From Chlamydiota bacterium (GTDB lineage: Bacteria > Chlamydiota > Chlamydiia > Chlamydiales > SM23-39): a stretch of 61,584 nucleotides of DNA. Both the position numbers and the translations under genes were made by a program. Numbering within the stretch: the stretch's first letter is position 1; every line of letters begins with the position of its first letter. The stretch is from positions 1 to 61,584 of the forward strand of contig JANPFC010000055.1 in assembly GCA_031423235.1 (NCBI GenBank). Direction: 5' to 3'. Shown here piece after piece: positions 18,874-29,130 of this stretch. Under the pieces are notes generated by a model. That model searched no databases. It was given only the letters and a program-made list of their open reading frames with translations, and had not been told where the DNA came from.

Positions 18874-21171
18874 CTAAGGGACGAGCTTGAGTTCATGGAT
18901 CGCGGGGCCGGGGAGAAATGGGGTCGGATTTCCATCTAGCCAAGCTGCATGCTGGTCTCGATAGTGTGGCGATAGTGGGTGGCCGCTCTGCCCGCATGGG
19001 ACATTAAATAGCCCTTCTTCTTCATGACCTGGCGAGACAACCATTCGCAATGATGCTCCACATGAGGGCCCTGCAACACGAGGAACATACCAATCGCCAG
19101 CAAGCGTACTTTTCGGCATGTCAAGCCAGCGGTTCAATAATGGAATGGCTGAGCTCAAGGGATGCTGAATGAGGGCGAGATTGGTTTTCCCCCAAGAAAT
19201 ATCCAGTGTTTGGGCTTTTAACATCTCATCTATCGCGGCCCGGAGTTCTAGTTCCCATGAGTTAAATGCGGAAAGATAGGCCGGTTTTTGCGATGCAATC
19301 AGATAGATCGGTTCCTCAAAATTGAATGGACCCAGATCAAGATCAGGGCAAGAGAGAAAACAGGGGGCCAATATCCTTTTTAAGATGTTTGCTTTAACTG
19401 TGTCGCGGAACGTTCGAATCCAAAAATAGCCCTTGGATGAAGAGGAGCAATGGCGGTCCCAATCAGCTACGAGAGGATAGAGGGCTTTATGGGCTGGATT
19501 ATTGAGGTCGAGGGCCTCTAGAAGGATTGATTGCCACCGTTCGAAGAAGATCGCCTCATCATCTAATTGCATGGCTTTCATGTCATTGATTGTCAATTTA
19601 TCAGAAGACGCTAGACGTTTCTGAATCTGGTAGGCGCGGATTCCATTTAGCTGATCGAACCCGAGAGATAGGTCTTCCAAAACTCGATTATTTGCAGTCC
19701 ACAGGCGGCTGGAGGGCGGGTCAATAACAAAGGGAACTTCGGTGGAAGTGCGGGTTCCGTTCCAATAGTTAGTTCCATCGGTAAATGAGACGGGAAGTTC
19801 CGGGTGATACCCTTCCCTTTTTGGGATGCCGCCAATATAGCTCCACCCAATGTGACCTTCTGCATCTGCTACCATGAAATTAAGAACGGGAAGGCGGATA
19901 TTTGGAACGGCTTTAAGTGCGTTCTTAACTGATGTAACTGTTTCAAGGTCGACCATGCGGAAATTGAAAGCGTCTAGATCGTGAGCAATCCAACGAATCG
20001 CAACGGGCTTTCCAAGAAAGGGCTTTGGATCAATGGGTCCCCACCGGGTCCAAAGGACTTTATGAAAACAGGAAGGGGATCCTTTAATCTTGATCTCTTC
20101 GATCCTTTCTTCAAAGGGAGTGGAACCATCGGGCGTGATGTAATTGTTGGGATTGGCTGGATCTAAATCGATTAAAACCAGATCGGTTGTATCGACGTAT
20201 CCATTTGTAAACCCCCATGCTATGTGTCTATTGCTCCCTGCAGCGATAAAAGGGGTTCCGGGCAGGGTCACTCCGTCCATATGTACGAGGTTTTCGGCCT
20301 TGTATTCGATTCCAAGACGGTACCAAATGTTTGGAACGAAGAGGTTGAGGTGCATATCGCACGCAAGCAGGCTATGTCCATCCGCTGTTGAGGAGCCTTG
20401 AACTGCCCATTGATTGCTCCCTCGAGCTCTCGGAGCTGACTCTTTAAATTCTGCGTGATCGGTTTTTTGGAGGTACTGGAACGATTCGCTTCCAGGAATA
20501 GAGAGAAGAGAAATTTCGCTCTGATCCAGCGGGGCTTCCCAAGCAGACCCGTTATGGATAAAAAACGTATAGACTTCCGGAGGAAGAGTGGCTTTCATAA
20601 GCCCTCTTGTTCGATCCATGGCCCCCAATGGATCTTGCAGATCAAAAAAGAGGCCGAGGCCAACCAGGAGAGAATCTTCTTCTGTCCAAGGTTGCGGGTT
20701 TGCATTGAGAAGAAAGTATTCAAATGGTTTGCAATCTAGAGATTGAAGTCCGCTATTTACCCCTTCCGCATACGCCGTGATAAGGGTGTGCTCGGATGGA
20801 GAGAGGAGGGGCCAGATCTTTTCAGCTTGTTTCCGAAATCCGTGGATCCGCCGCTCTTTATCGAGTTCTAAAACAACTGAACCGAGCAGTTCGGATAGTT
20901 CTCCTGCAGCCATTCTCCGCATAAGATCCATTTGAAAAAACCGATCCTGGGCATGGATAAAACCTGTAGCGCGGGCCACGTCAGCCCTTGATGCTCCGTG
21001 GACGGTGGGAATGCCATATTTGTCCCGATCGATCTCAACTGGGTATTTGAGACCCGGCAACGGCTCTTTGCCACAGAGGTGGGGGTAGCTCCCTCGCAAA
21101 ATACAATAAATTGAAACGACCGGCACTCCTAAAATAAGAAAGAGGGGAGTGAGCCAGTAACGTTTTTTCAT
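18874..21171 (-). CDS. Penicillin/AHL acylase family (S45 Ntn hydrolase, PvdQ-like), membrane-anchored or secreted
   Basis: N-terminal signal/anchor MKKRYWLTPLFLILGVPVV. The autoprocessing site RG|SNQWAV places the nucleophile Ser near aa 252. Size is 765 aa. The start overlaps the upstream methyltransferase stop by 4 nt. Confidence 0.85.
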   Translation of the reverse strand: MKKRYWLTPLFLILGVPVVSIYCILRGSYPHLCGKEPLPGLKYPVEIDRDKYGIPTVHGASRADVARATGFIHAQDRFFQMDLMRRMAAGELSELLGSVVLELDKERRIHGFRKQAEKIWPLLSPSEHTLITAYAEGVNSGLQSLDCKPFEYFLLNANPQPWTEEDSLLVGLGLFFDLQDPLGAMDRTRGLMKATLPPEVYTFFIHNGSAWEAPLDQSEISLLSIPGSESFQYLQKTDHAEFKESAPRARGSNQWAVQGSSTADGHSLLACDMHLNLFVPNIWYRLGIEYKAENLVHMDGVTLPGTPFIAAGSNRHIAWGFTNGYVDTTDLVLIDLDPANPNNYITPDGSTPFEERIEEIKIKGSPSCFHKVLWTRWGPIDPKPFLGKPVAIRWIAHDLDAFNFRMVDLETVTSVKNALKAVPNIRLPVLNFMVADAEGHIGWSYIGGIPKREGYHPELPVSFTDGTNYWNGTRTSTEVPFVIDPPSSRLWTANNRVLEDLSLGFDQLNGIRAYQIQKRLASSDKLTINDMKAMQLDDEAIFFERWQSILLEALDLNNPAHKALYPLVADWDRHCSSSSKGYFWIRTFRDTVKANILKRILAPCFLSCPDLDLGPFNFEEPIYLIASQKPAYLSAFNSWELELRAAIDEMLKAQTLDISWGKTNLALIQHPLSSAIPLLNRWLDMPKSTLAGDWYVPRVAGPSCGASLRMVVSPGHEEEGLFNVPCGQSGHPLSPHYRDQHAAWLDGNPTPFLPGPAIHELKLVP

Positions 21172-21932
21172 CGAGTAGCAATAAATGTGAATTCGGGATC
21201 ATTCGGAGAGGCCGGTTCATTCGTATACTCCCGCACGCAGCTTATCTCTTTGAATCCTGCTTGAACCAATAGAGCGGTTAATTGCTCTTGCGTGTGCCAA
21301 CGCATCAAAAGATCTTCCTCTTCCGTGGCAATTACCTTCCCCTCTTTTGTAACAGTATAGAGATAGGCTGCATTTTCAATTTGGTTCGCTGTATCGAAAT
21401 GGGCTTTTTCATAGCAGCAAATGGTTGATCCGTCTGAGCGCGTCCCTTGGCGTCTAAGGCGCCATTCATCATGAGTCGGGGCCTTTTGATGAATATCAGA
21501 TTCAGTTGGAATCAGCGAGGGGATGATCAGTCTTCCCCCAGGCGTTAGGTGGTTCCAAAAGCGGGTTAGCGCTTGCCGCACATCGTCCATCGAGCTAATC
21601 AGCATGAAGGTCCCGTAGGGGATATAAAGTGTCGCGTAGCGGCCGGGAAGATCGAGATTCTGCATAGCCTGTGCATAGAGATTTACAGACAGCTGTTTTT
21701 TTGCAGCATTTTTGCGGCATTGGTCAAGCATATAGGGAGATAGATCGACCCCATCGACCCGGAGCCCTTTTTCAACAAACGGAATGAGAAGCCTTCCATC
21801 GCCGCACCCAAGCTCTAGGGCAGGTCCGTTCCCTTTTCGAATCCAAGACTCAAAAAAATCGGTATCTTCGTATTTTTGTTCAGGGAACCATATTCCATAA
21901 GCTTCTGAGCTAAGCGGTCCATAACTGGGCAT
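21168..21932 (-). CDS. Class I SAM-dependent methyltransferase
   Basis: Motif I ALELGCGDGRLL and motif post-I VDGVDLS. Translationally coupled on both sides (23-nt and 4-nt overlaps). Confidence 0.8.
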   Translation of the reverse strand: MPSYGPLSSEAYGIWFPEQKYEDTDFFESWIRKGNGPALELGCGDGRLLIPFVEKGLRVDGVDLSPYMLDQCRKNAAKKQLSVNLYAQAMQNLDLPGRYATLYIPYGTFMLISSMDDVRQALTRFWNHLTPGGRLIIPSLIPTESDIHQKAPTHDEWRLRRQGTRSDGSTICCYEKAHFDTANQIENAAYLYTVTKEGKVIATEEEDLLMRWHTQEQLTALLVQAGFKEISCVREYTNEPASPNDPEFTFIATR

Positions 21933-24900
21933 CTTTTTTCAACCTTTTTGGCATCTTTGAGATATATCCTCGAAACGCGGCAATCCAAAGGTCCGCATTT
22001 ATCAACGAGGTGGGATTGTAAAGAATTGCAATGCGCAGGCAATTATCCATGATAATTGCATTCATTTCAATCAAATGAGCCATCCTATTGGCTGGATGAA
22101 TCGACCGCCCAATTTCCTCTTGGCAATTGGAGAGAAATTTCTGATTTCCCTGTGTAGCGAGGTCGTCGTCCACGCGCCCAAAATAATTGAGGAGAATTTC
22201 GGGTTTGAATTCTGCAAGCCGGGGGTGTTTCTGAAGATAGCGCCCAATTCCATAGAATAGATCGGATGAACTGAATCTCCGGATCGATTCTTTGATATTC
22301 AGAAGAGTCTCAAGGGGAGTTCCTTTCCGTTTGAGGCAAATGGGGTAGATCGTTGTGAACCAACCGATTGTGCGGGATACATCGAGATTCCCATTTCTCC
22401 CATGCCCTTCATGATCGATCAGACATTTTTCAATACCAAAGTGATCAAAAAGAGATTCGGAAAGGGCGGCAAGAAGGATCTCATTGATATTGGCTTGCCC
22501 AGAGGCGGCTAGGAGCTCTGCCGTTTCCTCTTCTGTAAATCGGACATATTCTTCGACTGTTTCGCCATGCAGTGGAAAGGGATCTTTGGATAGACGAGGG
22601 AACTGGGCAGGGTCCATCTCGAGCCACGGTTCAATTTCACTGCTGGCAAGAGAAGAGAGGTACAGCGACCAATCTTTGTAAGAATGGGTTTTCAATGGGA
22701 GTAGCTTGCAATGGTAAAGCGCGGCCAGATCTTCCACTAAATAACGCCAAGAAACGCCATCGATGATGAGGTGATGGATTGCTAAAAAGAGCCTCTTTCC
22801 ACGGCAGCCAAGATCGAAAAGAGCCGCTTTCAAGAGCGGAGGCTTGGCCAGATCGAAATTCGCCTGAAGCTGTGTGGTCAGAGCGAGAATTTCTTCTTTT
22901 TGCTCATCTTCGCTCAAGTCTCCCAATCCAAATTCATCGATGTGGAAGACCATTTTATCAAGTGGCTCAATGGTCTGGTCCCCTTCAATAAATGACATCC
23001 GGAGGGCGTCGTGATGCTCGAAACATTTCCAGAAAGCCTTTTGCAATTGCTCCAGATCCAGCTCGGTTGGAACTTGGAAGAGATAGGCCATGTTGAAGTA
23101 GGAAGGCTTTAGCATTTCTTGCTCGAAAAACCAGTGCTGGATCGGTGTTCGTGGGAGCGATCCTTCAACCGCTTTCTGATCTATGAGGCATTCTGGATGA
23201 GGCACCATTTTTTGGCATAAAGCTGAAATGGTTCGGTGTTGGAAAATTTCCTTAATGGAAAGATTGAGCCCTGCGGCTTTGACTTGGGGCAAAATCCTCA
23301 TCGCCATAATTGAATCGCCGCCGAGATCAAAAAAGTCATCTTCAGTACTCAATTCCATTTCTGGAATCCCTAAAACACGGCTCCAGATGGAGCCAAGCAC
23401 CTGTTCGATTTCATTTTTAGGAGGGACTCTTTTCTTCGACTTCACCATTTGGAATTCGGGGAGTCTAGCTGTGTCCACTTTCCCATTCCCAGTTGTAGGC
23501 ATTGCACTTAGAAGTACAAGATGGGGAGGGATCATATACGGAGGAATAAATTTCCCAAGAAACTGAGCGAGCTCATCGCTTTCAAGAGGAGCTCGGGTTG
23601 TGTAATAGCCGCAAAGAAGCGGGCCGCGCTGAGGATCATTTTTAGCGATTACTGCGCAGTTTAAAACGGATGGGTGTTTCAAAATTTGCGCTTCAATCTC
23701 ATCGAGTTCGATTCTGTACCCTTTTATCTTCACCTGCCGGTCTTTTCGCCCTAAGTAGGCGATCTTTCCGTTGGGAAGCAATCTGCCCAAGTCTCCCGTT
23801 CGGTACATTCTTTCTCCAGATTTGGGGTCGGAGAGGAATTTTTGCTGGGTTAGATCGAGGTTATTTAAATACCCCCTCGCAAGCCCCATTCCGCTGATCA
23901 CAATTTCCCCGATTCCGCCGATAGGAACGGGATGAAGGGTGTCATCGACAATGTGAATGGTTGAGTTGGCAATAGGCCGGCCGATCAGGAGAGCCCCTTC
24001 TTTTTCGGCTTCGTTCCACGTGTGCGTGATACATCCAACGGTGGCCTCGGTAGGACCATATTCGTTGTCGACCCGAATCGATTGTCCATAAAGTTTGCTG
24101 AGAGCGGCGACTTGCGGGGCATAAAGAGACTCGCCTCCTACAATGAACTGCCTGATGGAGGAAATAGGTTCTCCTCGATCCAGGATCATCGTCAAATGGG
24201 CGGGGGTGAGTTTTAAAATATTGCAGTCGTCGGTTTGGCTTAAGGTTTCAAGTACTTCGTCGAATTCGCCTTGGAAAATCCGCAAAAATCCTCCGTATAG
24301 AAGAGGGGTAAATAGGCTTGTCATCGTCAGGTCGAAATGGAGCGGGGAATAGAATGGGAATTGGTTTTTCCCATACTCGTGCATCGCCCAGGCGATGTAG
24401 TTGTGAACAGAACGGTGTTCGACCATGACCCCTTTGGGCTGTCCGGTGGAGCCTGAAGTGAATAGAACATAGGCAAGCGACCGATCTGAGATGGGGAGAT
24501 CAAGATTCGATTCGGCCTCTTTTTCAACGGAGATCCAGCTATGCTGCTCCCTTTGTTTGGAAATGGCTAATTTTCTTTCTTGATCAACATGGATGAGCGT
24601 GTCGAATCGGAATCGGGTCAATTCATTTTCTACTGTCCCCATTTTCCCACTAAACTCGAGGTGGGTGATCCCGGGAATATCGCCCCGGAGATCTGAGAGG
24701 AATTCCCTGGAGATGAAAAGCTCTTGGCTCCAATCGATTTTCGTTCGGAAAGAGGAATCCCGATGAGACTCTTTAAAGGCGCGCAAAGAATCTTCCAATT
24801 CCCCTTTCAATTGCAGATCCATGAGGTCTCCAAGGAAGATAAGGGCTTTGCCATTGCACAGGTTCATCGCTTTCTGGAGGACGGATCTCAGGTAGGGAAG

Positions 24901-27900
24901 ATCGGGGAAGCAGTGGATGACGCTATTCATGATGACGAGATCAAAACCGCCTGTTTCGAGGGAGTCGATTTGATCTGCTTGGCAGCAGGCAAATTTGAGG
25001 TTGTCAAGGTTTTCCCGTTTGGCCCTTTCCTGGTTTTTTTGGATGATTGTAGAAGAGAGATCGACTCCGAAATACTCTTTCACATGCGGGGCGAGAGAAA
25101 AGGCGGTGAGTCCCGATCCGCACCCGATCTCTAAAACCTTAAATGAAGGGGTAAGATGGATTTTTAGTTTTTGGAGGATGTTTTCTGAGTACTCTCCCAT
25201 CTCTATTGGCGAGAAGGGGAGCCCTGTATAACTGGAAACCCACCCGCTTGAGGAGATCTCATCGCTTGATTCGAGCGCTACCTGATTCCAAAGTTCGGCG
25301 CTCATTAGATCGGAATAGGAGGCTGCTCGCTCTTCAGCATCTAGGCAAATATAGGATTGAAGGGAAGTTCCCCATTGGAGGTCGCCGAGCGTTTTAATGT
25401 ACCTTTTCTTTGAAAGGATGTGTTCGATCTTTCCTTGTTCGATCATTGAGGAGATTCTCTTCATAGGGGCTTTGATGTCGAGAGGGACGAAAGCTCCTCC
25501 GGCTTTGAGAACGGCAAGAATTGCCACAATCGATTCTTCGCTATTTTCTAGATAGATTCCGACAAGGGCTTCGCTTTTTAAGTTCTTCTGAAATTTCAGA
25601 TAGCGGGCGAGTTGATTGGCCTTGTTGTTCAACGCTTCATAGGTCACCACCCGATTGTCCGCCTTTACCACTGGGAGGAGAGGGGTGAGTTCGGCTTGCC
25701 TTTCAAAGAGCCGATGGAGCGGGATCTCTTCAAGAGGAGAACGGGGCCCAGTAATCGCATAGCTGAGCGGCGCGAGTTTTAGTTTGCGGAGGGGGGGGTC
25801 GATTTCTTCACTAATGGCTGAAAGGAGAGATCGATAGGTTGCGATGAGGAGATCGATCATCGGATCGGAATAGATGCCGACATAGTATTCGATGAAGCAC
25901 TCGATAGTTCCGCCCGCCTCTTTGACGAATTCAAACTCAAGATCCCACTTACAGCTTTGGTGCGGCAGTTCGACCCGCTCAGCTTTCATATTCTTAAGCG
26001 CCTCTTCCGCTTTAGAATCGAGTTCGAAATTTTGAAAGGCGACATTGATATTAAAGAGGGGGGAGCGGCTTGTATCCCGCTCGAGCTTAAGTTGGTCGAT
26101 CAGATGGTCAAATGGGTAGTCTTGATTCTCCATAGCTTCAAGCACCCGTTCTTTGACCCGATGGAGAAGGTGTTTGAAATTCTCTTCTGGAACAAGCGAG
26201 CACCGGATCGCTAAGGTGTTTACAAAAAATCCGACGAGCGGCTTGAGATCGGCATGGGACCTGCCAGAAACGGGAGTTCCTACAATGAGGTCAGTTTGCC
26301 CTGTGTATCGGTAAATTAGGGCGTAAACCGAGGAAAGGAGAACCATGAAGAGGGTTCCATTTGCGCCGTTTCCTATGCGCGTTAGAGCGGCCTGCTCTTT
26401 TTGCGAAAGGCGAAACGTTTTTCGCGACCCTTGGAAATGGAATACAGCTGGACGGATTTTGTCGCCGGGGATTTCACAAACAGGGAGGGGAGCTGTGAAC
26501 TGTTTTAGCCAGTAGCTTTCCATCGTTTTAAACCGTTCGCTCGAGAAGAGTTCCCTCTGCCAGTGGCAATAATCGATTGGATCTATTGTGAGCGGGGCCA
26601 GGTTGGCTTTACTGTATAGTTTGATGAGCTCTTCTACAATGATCCGAATCGACCAGCCGTCGGAGGCGATGTGGTGGATCATGAAAAAGAAAAGAGAAGA
26701 GGTCGGAGAGAGACGAAGAAGGAGCGCTTTTGCTAAGGGACCGTTCTCAAGGTCGAAGGGTTGATTGCGGAGCCGTCCGATCTCTTCTTTGGCAGCCTCT
26801 AGAGAAGGGACGTCTAGGACTGTTAAATCGAACGGTTTCGGTTCGAGTAGTTTCTGGTGCGGTTCTCCCTCTTTTTGGATAAAAACGGTGTGCAATCCTG
26901 CGTGGCGCTTAACGAGGAGATTTAGAGCATTCGTAAAGGCGTCGATGTCGATGGGAGTGTCGAAACGGTAGGTGTCGTAGATGTTATAGGCTACTGGGTG
27001 ATCCTGCATCTGATGGAGAATCCAGAGCCGTCTTTGGCCGAAGGAAAGGGGGTGGAGTTCTTGCTCTGCAATATGGGGGATAGGTTGAAACGAGCTTTCC
27101 ATTTTCTCCCCTAAAAATAGTGTGAGATCGGAAATCCTAGGGTTGCGGAATAGGTCTTGGTAGGAGATCTTTTTGTTGAGCCTCTTATGGATCGAATTGA
27201 TGATTTCCATGCCAGCTAGAGAATCTCCTCCCAAATCGAAGAAGTTCTCGCTGGGATCAATTTGATCCAGCCCCAATACCTCTCTATAAAGGGAGAGAAG
27301 CTGTTCTTGGACCGAGAGTTCCCTTTTTTCAGGGGGCGCGATGCAGGAGCGCCTGTCTTCATCATTCCATATTTTTGTCTCCAGCCAAAACCGTTTTTGC
27401 TCAAAGACATATGTGGGGAGAGAAACAAGATGGGGAGAGAACCCTTTGAATATTTCTTCAAAATTCAATTTTGGAATAGGTGCTAATTTAAGCTCATTTT
27501 GTTCCATTTGCTCTACGAGTTCACTGATCGAGGAGGCCATGAAGAGGATTTGCACAGGGTAATGGTTTTTCCCCTTAGCTAACGTGTAGCTTATATCAAC
27601 AGGGTGGAGTGAAGAAGGGGCGCTCCGGAAAAATGAGGTGTAGGCCCTCAATTGCTTTTGGAGGCCTGAGAGGGTTCGGTGCGAAAAGAGAAAGGGGAGT
27701 TTCGAGGCTATTGCCGCCGTTTGGCGCGCGGGGACCGGCGCCTCTTCGATAACGACATGGCAATTAGATCCGTTGAATCCGAAGGCGCTTACTCCTGCTA
27801 GACGTGGATGCTGTTTGGAAGGCCACGGGAGAGCTCGATTGGCGATAAATACGGGTGTATTTGGGAAATCGATAAATGAATTGGGCTCTTTAAAGTGGAG

Positions 27901-29130
27901 CGATGGGGGGATTTGGTTGTTTTTGAGAGCCAGAACTGTTTTTAAGAGGCTTGCCAATCCGGAAGCACCTCCAGTAAGGTGGCCAATATTGGTTTTTACC
28001 GAACCCACTGCGCAAAATTGCTTATCTTCTGTGTACTCGGAAAAGGCTTTGGAAATCCCCTGGATTTCGATCGGATCTCCGATGCGGGTCCCCGTTCCGT
28101 GGGCCTCTATATAGTCTATTTGGCGGGGATCGATCTTCCCTTTTTCCCAGGCCGCTTTGAGCAGGGCTGCTTGGGCCAGCGGATTAGGGGCTCCAACGCT
28201 TGAGGATTTGCCATCATTGTTAGTGGCGCTGCCCCGAATTAGAGCATAAATCGGATTTCGGTCGCGGATCGCATCGCTCAGCCTTTTGAGAATGAGTGCG
28301 CCGGCTCCTTCTCCTCTCACAATCCCGGAGGCCTTATCGTCAAAAGCGAGGCAGGCTCCTTGATCTGTCGTGATTCCGAGCGCATCGACAGGATCGTCTT
28401 TTACGGCAAAAGGGAAAAGGCGCAAATTGACAGCGCCTGTAATCGCCAAATCGCATTCGCGGGCAAGGAGCGATTGGCAGGCAAGATGGACAGCCACAAG
28501 AGATGTGGAGCAGGTGGTGCTCACATTGATGGCAGGGCCATGGAGATCGTAAAAGTGGGAAACGCGGGAGGCGATAAAGGGGGATATATTTCCGATTACT
28601 GCCAAAGGAGAGGCCTCTGAAATCAGTTTCCGATATTCGTTGACTACATCGCCAATAAAAACAGCTGTATTGGATCCCCGAAGCTGGGCTGATGTATAGC
28701 CCGCATCTTCAAGAGCTGTATGGACAAGTTCAAGAAAGATCCGCTGCTGCGGATCCATGATTTTCGCCTCAGATGGGACAATGTGGAAAAATTCGTTGTC
28801 AAACAGGTCCACATCGGTCAGGAATCCCCCTTTCCAATAAGGTTCATCTATCGAACGAAGCTGATCTCCTAAAGTCGGTATCAAACAGTCTGTATCTTTC
28901 CTACGCTCATCGGGAAACTCTGTCACGCAATCGGTTCCTTCAATCAACCGTTCCCAAAAGGACTCTTTCGTTGGAGCCAAAGGCATCCTGCATGAAAGAC
29001 CGATGATTGCGATCGGGTCGGACCCCTTTTCATTGAGCGCTTTGTATTTTTCTAATAGAGAAAGGGCCGATTCGTGCGAAATCCGCTTATCTTTATAGAG
29101 TTGGAGAAGATGTTCAATATACTCGTTCAT
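21910..29130 (-). CDS. Hybrid PKS-NRPS: KS-ACP-C-A(with embedded methyltransferase)-PCP-C(terminal)
   Basis: KS: STTCSTS, EAHGTGT, NIGHL. ACP: FFDLGGDSLAG. C: HHIASDGWS. A: LKAGGAFVPLD ... [VLEIGCGSGLTAF MT insert] ... FTSGSTGQPKGV, NEYGPTE, YRTGD, GRKDRQVKIKGYRIE, GNGKVD. PCP: FFDLGGDSIMA. Terminal C: HHLIIDGVS. Confidence 0.95.
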   Translation of the reverse strand: MNEYIEHLLQLYKDKRISHESALSLLEKYKALNEKGSDPIAIIGLSCRMPLAPTKESFWERLIEGTDCVTEFPDERRKDTDCLIPTLGDQLRSIDEPYWKGGFLTDVDLFDNEFFHIVPSEAKIMDPQQRIFLELVHTALEDAGYTSAQLRGSNTAVFIGDVVNEYRKLISEASPLAVIGNISPFIASRVSHFYDLHGPAINVSTTCSTSLVAVHLACQSLLARECDLAITGAVNLRLFPFAVKDDPVDALGITTDQGACLAFDDKASGIVRGEGAGALILKRLSDAIRDRNPIYALIRGSATNNDGKSSSVGAPNPLAQAALLKAAWEKGKIDPRQIDYIEAHGTGTRIGDPIEIQGISKAFSEYTEDKQFCAVGSVKTNIGHLTGGASGLASLLKTVLALKNNQIPPSLHFKEPNSFIDFPNTPVFIANRALPWPSKQHPRLAGVSAFGFNGSNCHVVIEEAPVPARQTAAIASKLPFLFSHRTLSGLQKQLRAYTSFFRSAPSSLHPVDISYTLAKGKNHYPVQILFMASSISELVEQMEQNELKLAPIPKLNFEEIFKGFSPHLVSLPTYVFEQKRFWLETKIWNDEDRRSCIAPPEKRELSVQEQLLSLYREVLGLDQIDPSENFFDLGGDSLAGMEIINSIHKRLNKKISYQDLFRNPRISDLTLFLGEKMESSFQPIPHIAEQELHPLSFGQRRLWILHQMQDHPVAYNIYDTYRFDTPIDIDAFTNALNLLVKRHAGLHTVFIQKEGEPHQKLLEPKPFDLTVLDVPSLEAAKEEIGRLRNQPFDLENGPLAKALLLRLSPTSSLFFFMIHHIASDGWSIRIIVEELIKLYSKANLAPLTIDPIDYCHWQRELFSSERFKTMESYWLKQFTAPLPVCEIPGDKIRPAVFHFQGSRKTFRLSQKEQAALTRIGNGANGTLFMVLLSSVYALIYRYTGQTDLIVGTPVSGRSHADLKPLVGFFVNTLAIRCSLVPEENFKHLLHRVKERVLEAMENQDYPFDHLIDQLKLERDTSRSPLFNINVAFQNFELDSKAEEALKNMKAERVELPHQSCKWDLEFEFVKEAGGTIECFIEYYVGIYSDPMIDLLIATYRSLLSAISEEIDPPLRKLKLAPLSYAITGPRSPLEEIPLHRLFERQAELTPLLPVVKADNRVVTYEALNNKANQLARYLKFQKNLKSEALVGIYLENSEESIVAILAVLKAGGAFVPLDIKAPMKRISSMIEQGKIEHILSKKRYIKTLGDLQWGTSLQSYICLDAEERAASYSDLMSAELWNQVALESSDEISSSGWVSSYTGLPFSPIEMGEYSENILQKLKIHLTPSFKVLEIGCGSGLTAFSLAPHVKEYFGVDLSSTIIQKNQERAKRENLDNLKFACCQADQIDSLETGGFDLVIMNSVIHCFPDLPYLRSVLQKAMNLCNGKALIFLGDLMDLQLKGELEDSLRAFKESHRDSSFRTKIDWSQELFISREFLSDLRGDIPGITHLEFSGKMGTVENELTRFRFDTLIHVDQERKLAISKQREQHSWISVEKEAESNLDLPISDRSLAYVLFTSGSTGQPKGVMVEHRSVHNYIAWAMHEYGKNQFPFYSPLHFDLTMTSLFTPLLYGGFLRIFQGEFDEVLETLSQTDDCNILKLTPAHLTMILDRGEPISSIRQFIVGGESLYAPQVAALSKLYGQSIRVDNEYGPTEATVGCITHTWNEAEKEGALLIGRPIANSTIHIVDDTLHPVPIGGIGEIVISGMGLARGYLNNLDLTQQKFLSDPKSGERMYRTGDLGRLLPNGKIAYLGRKDRQVKIKGYRIELDEIEAQILKHPSVLNCAVIAKNDPQRGPLLCGYYTTRAPLESDELAQFLGKFIPPYMIPPHLVLLSAMPTTGNGKVDTARLPEFQMVKSKKRVPPKNEIEQVLGSIWSRVLGIPEMELSTEDDFFDLGGDSIMAMRILPQVKAAGLNLSIKEIFQHRTISALCQKMVPHPECLIDQKAVEGSLPRTPIQHWFFEQEMLKPSYFNMAYLFQVPTELDLEQLQKAFWKCFEHHDALRMSFIEGDQTIEPLDKMVFHIDEFGLGDLSEDEQKEEILALTTQLQANFDLAKPPLLKAALFDLGCRGKRLFLAIHHLIIDGVSWRYLVEDLAALYHCKLLPLKTHSYKDWSLYLSSLASSEIEPWLEMDPAQFPRLSKDPFPLHGETVEEYVRFTEEETAELLAASGQANINEILLAALSESLFDHFGIEKCLIDHEGHGRNGNLDVSRTIGWFTTIYPICLKRKGTPLETLLNIKESIRRFSSSDLFYGIGRYLQKHPRLAEFKPEILLNYFGRVDDDLATQGNQKFLSNCQEEIGRSIHPANRMAHLIEMNAIIMDNCLRIAILYNPTSLINADLWIAAFRGYISKMPKRLKKDAQLWTA

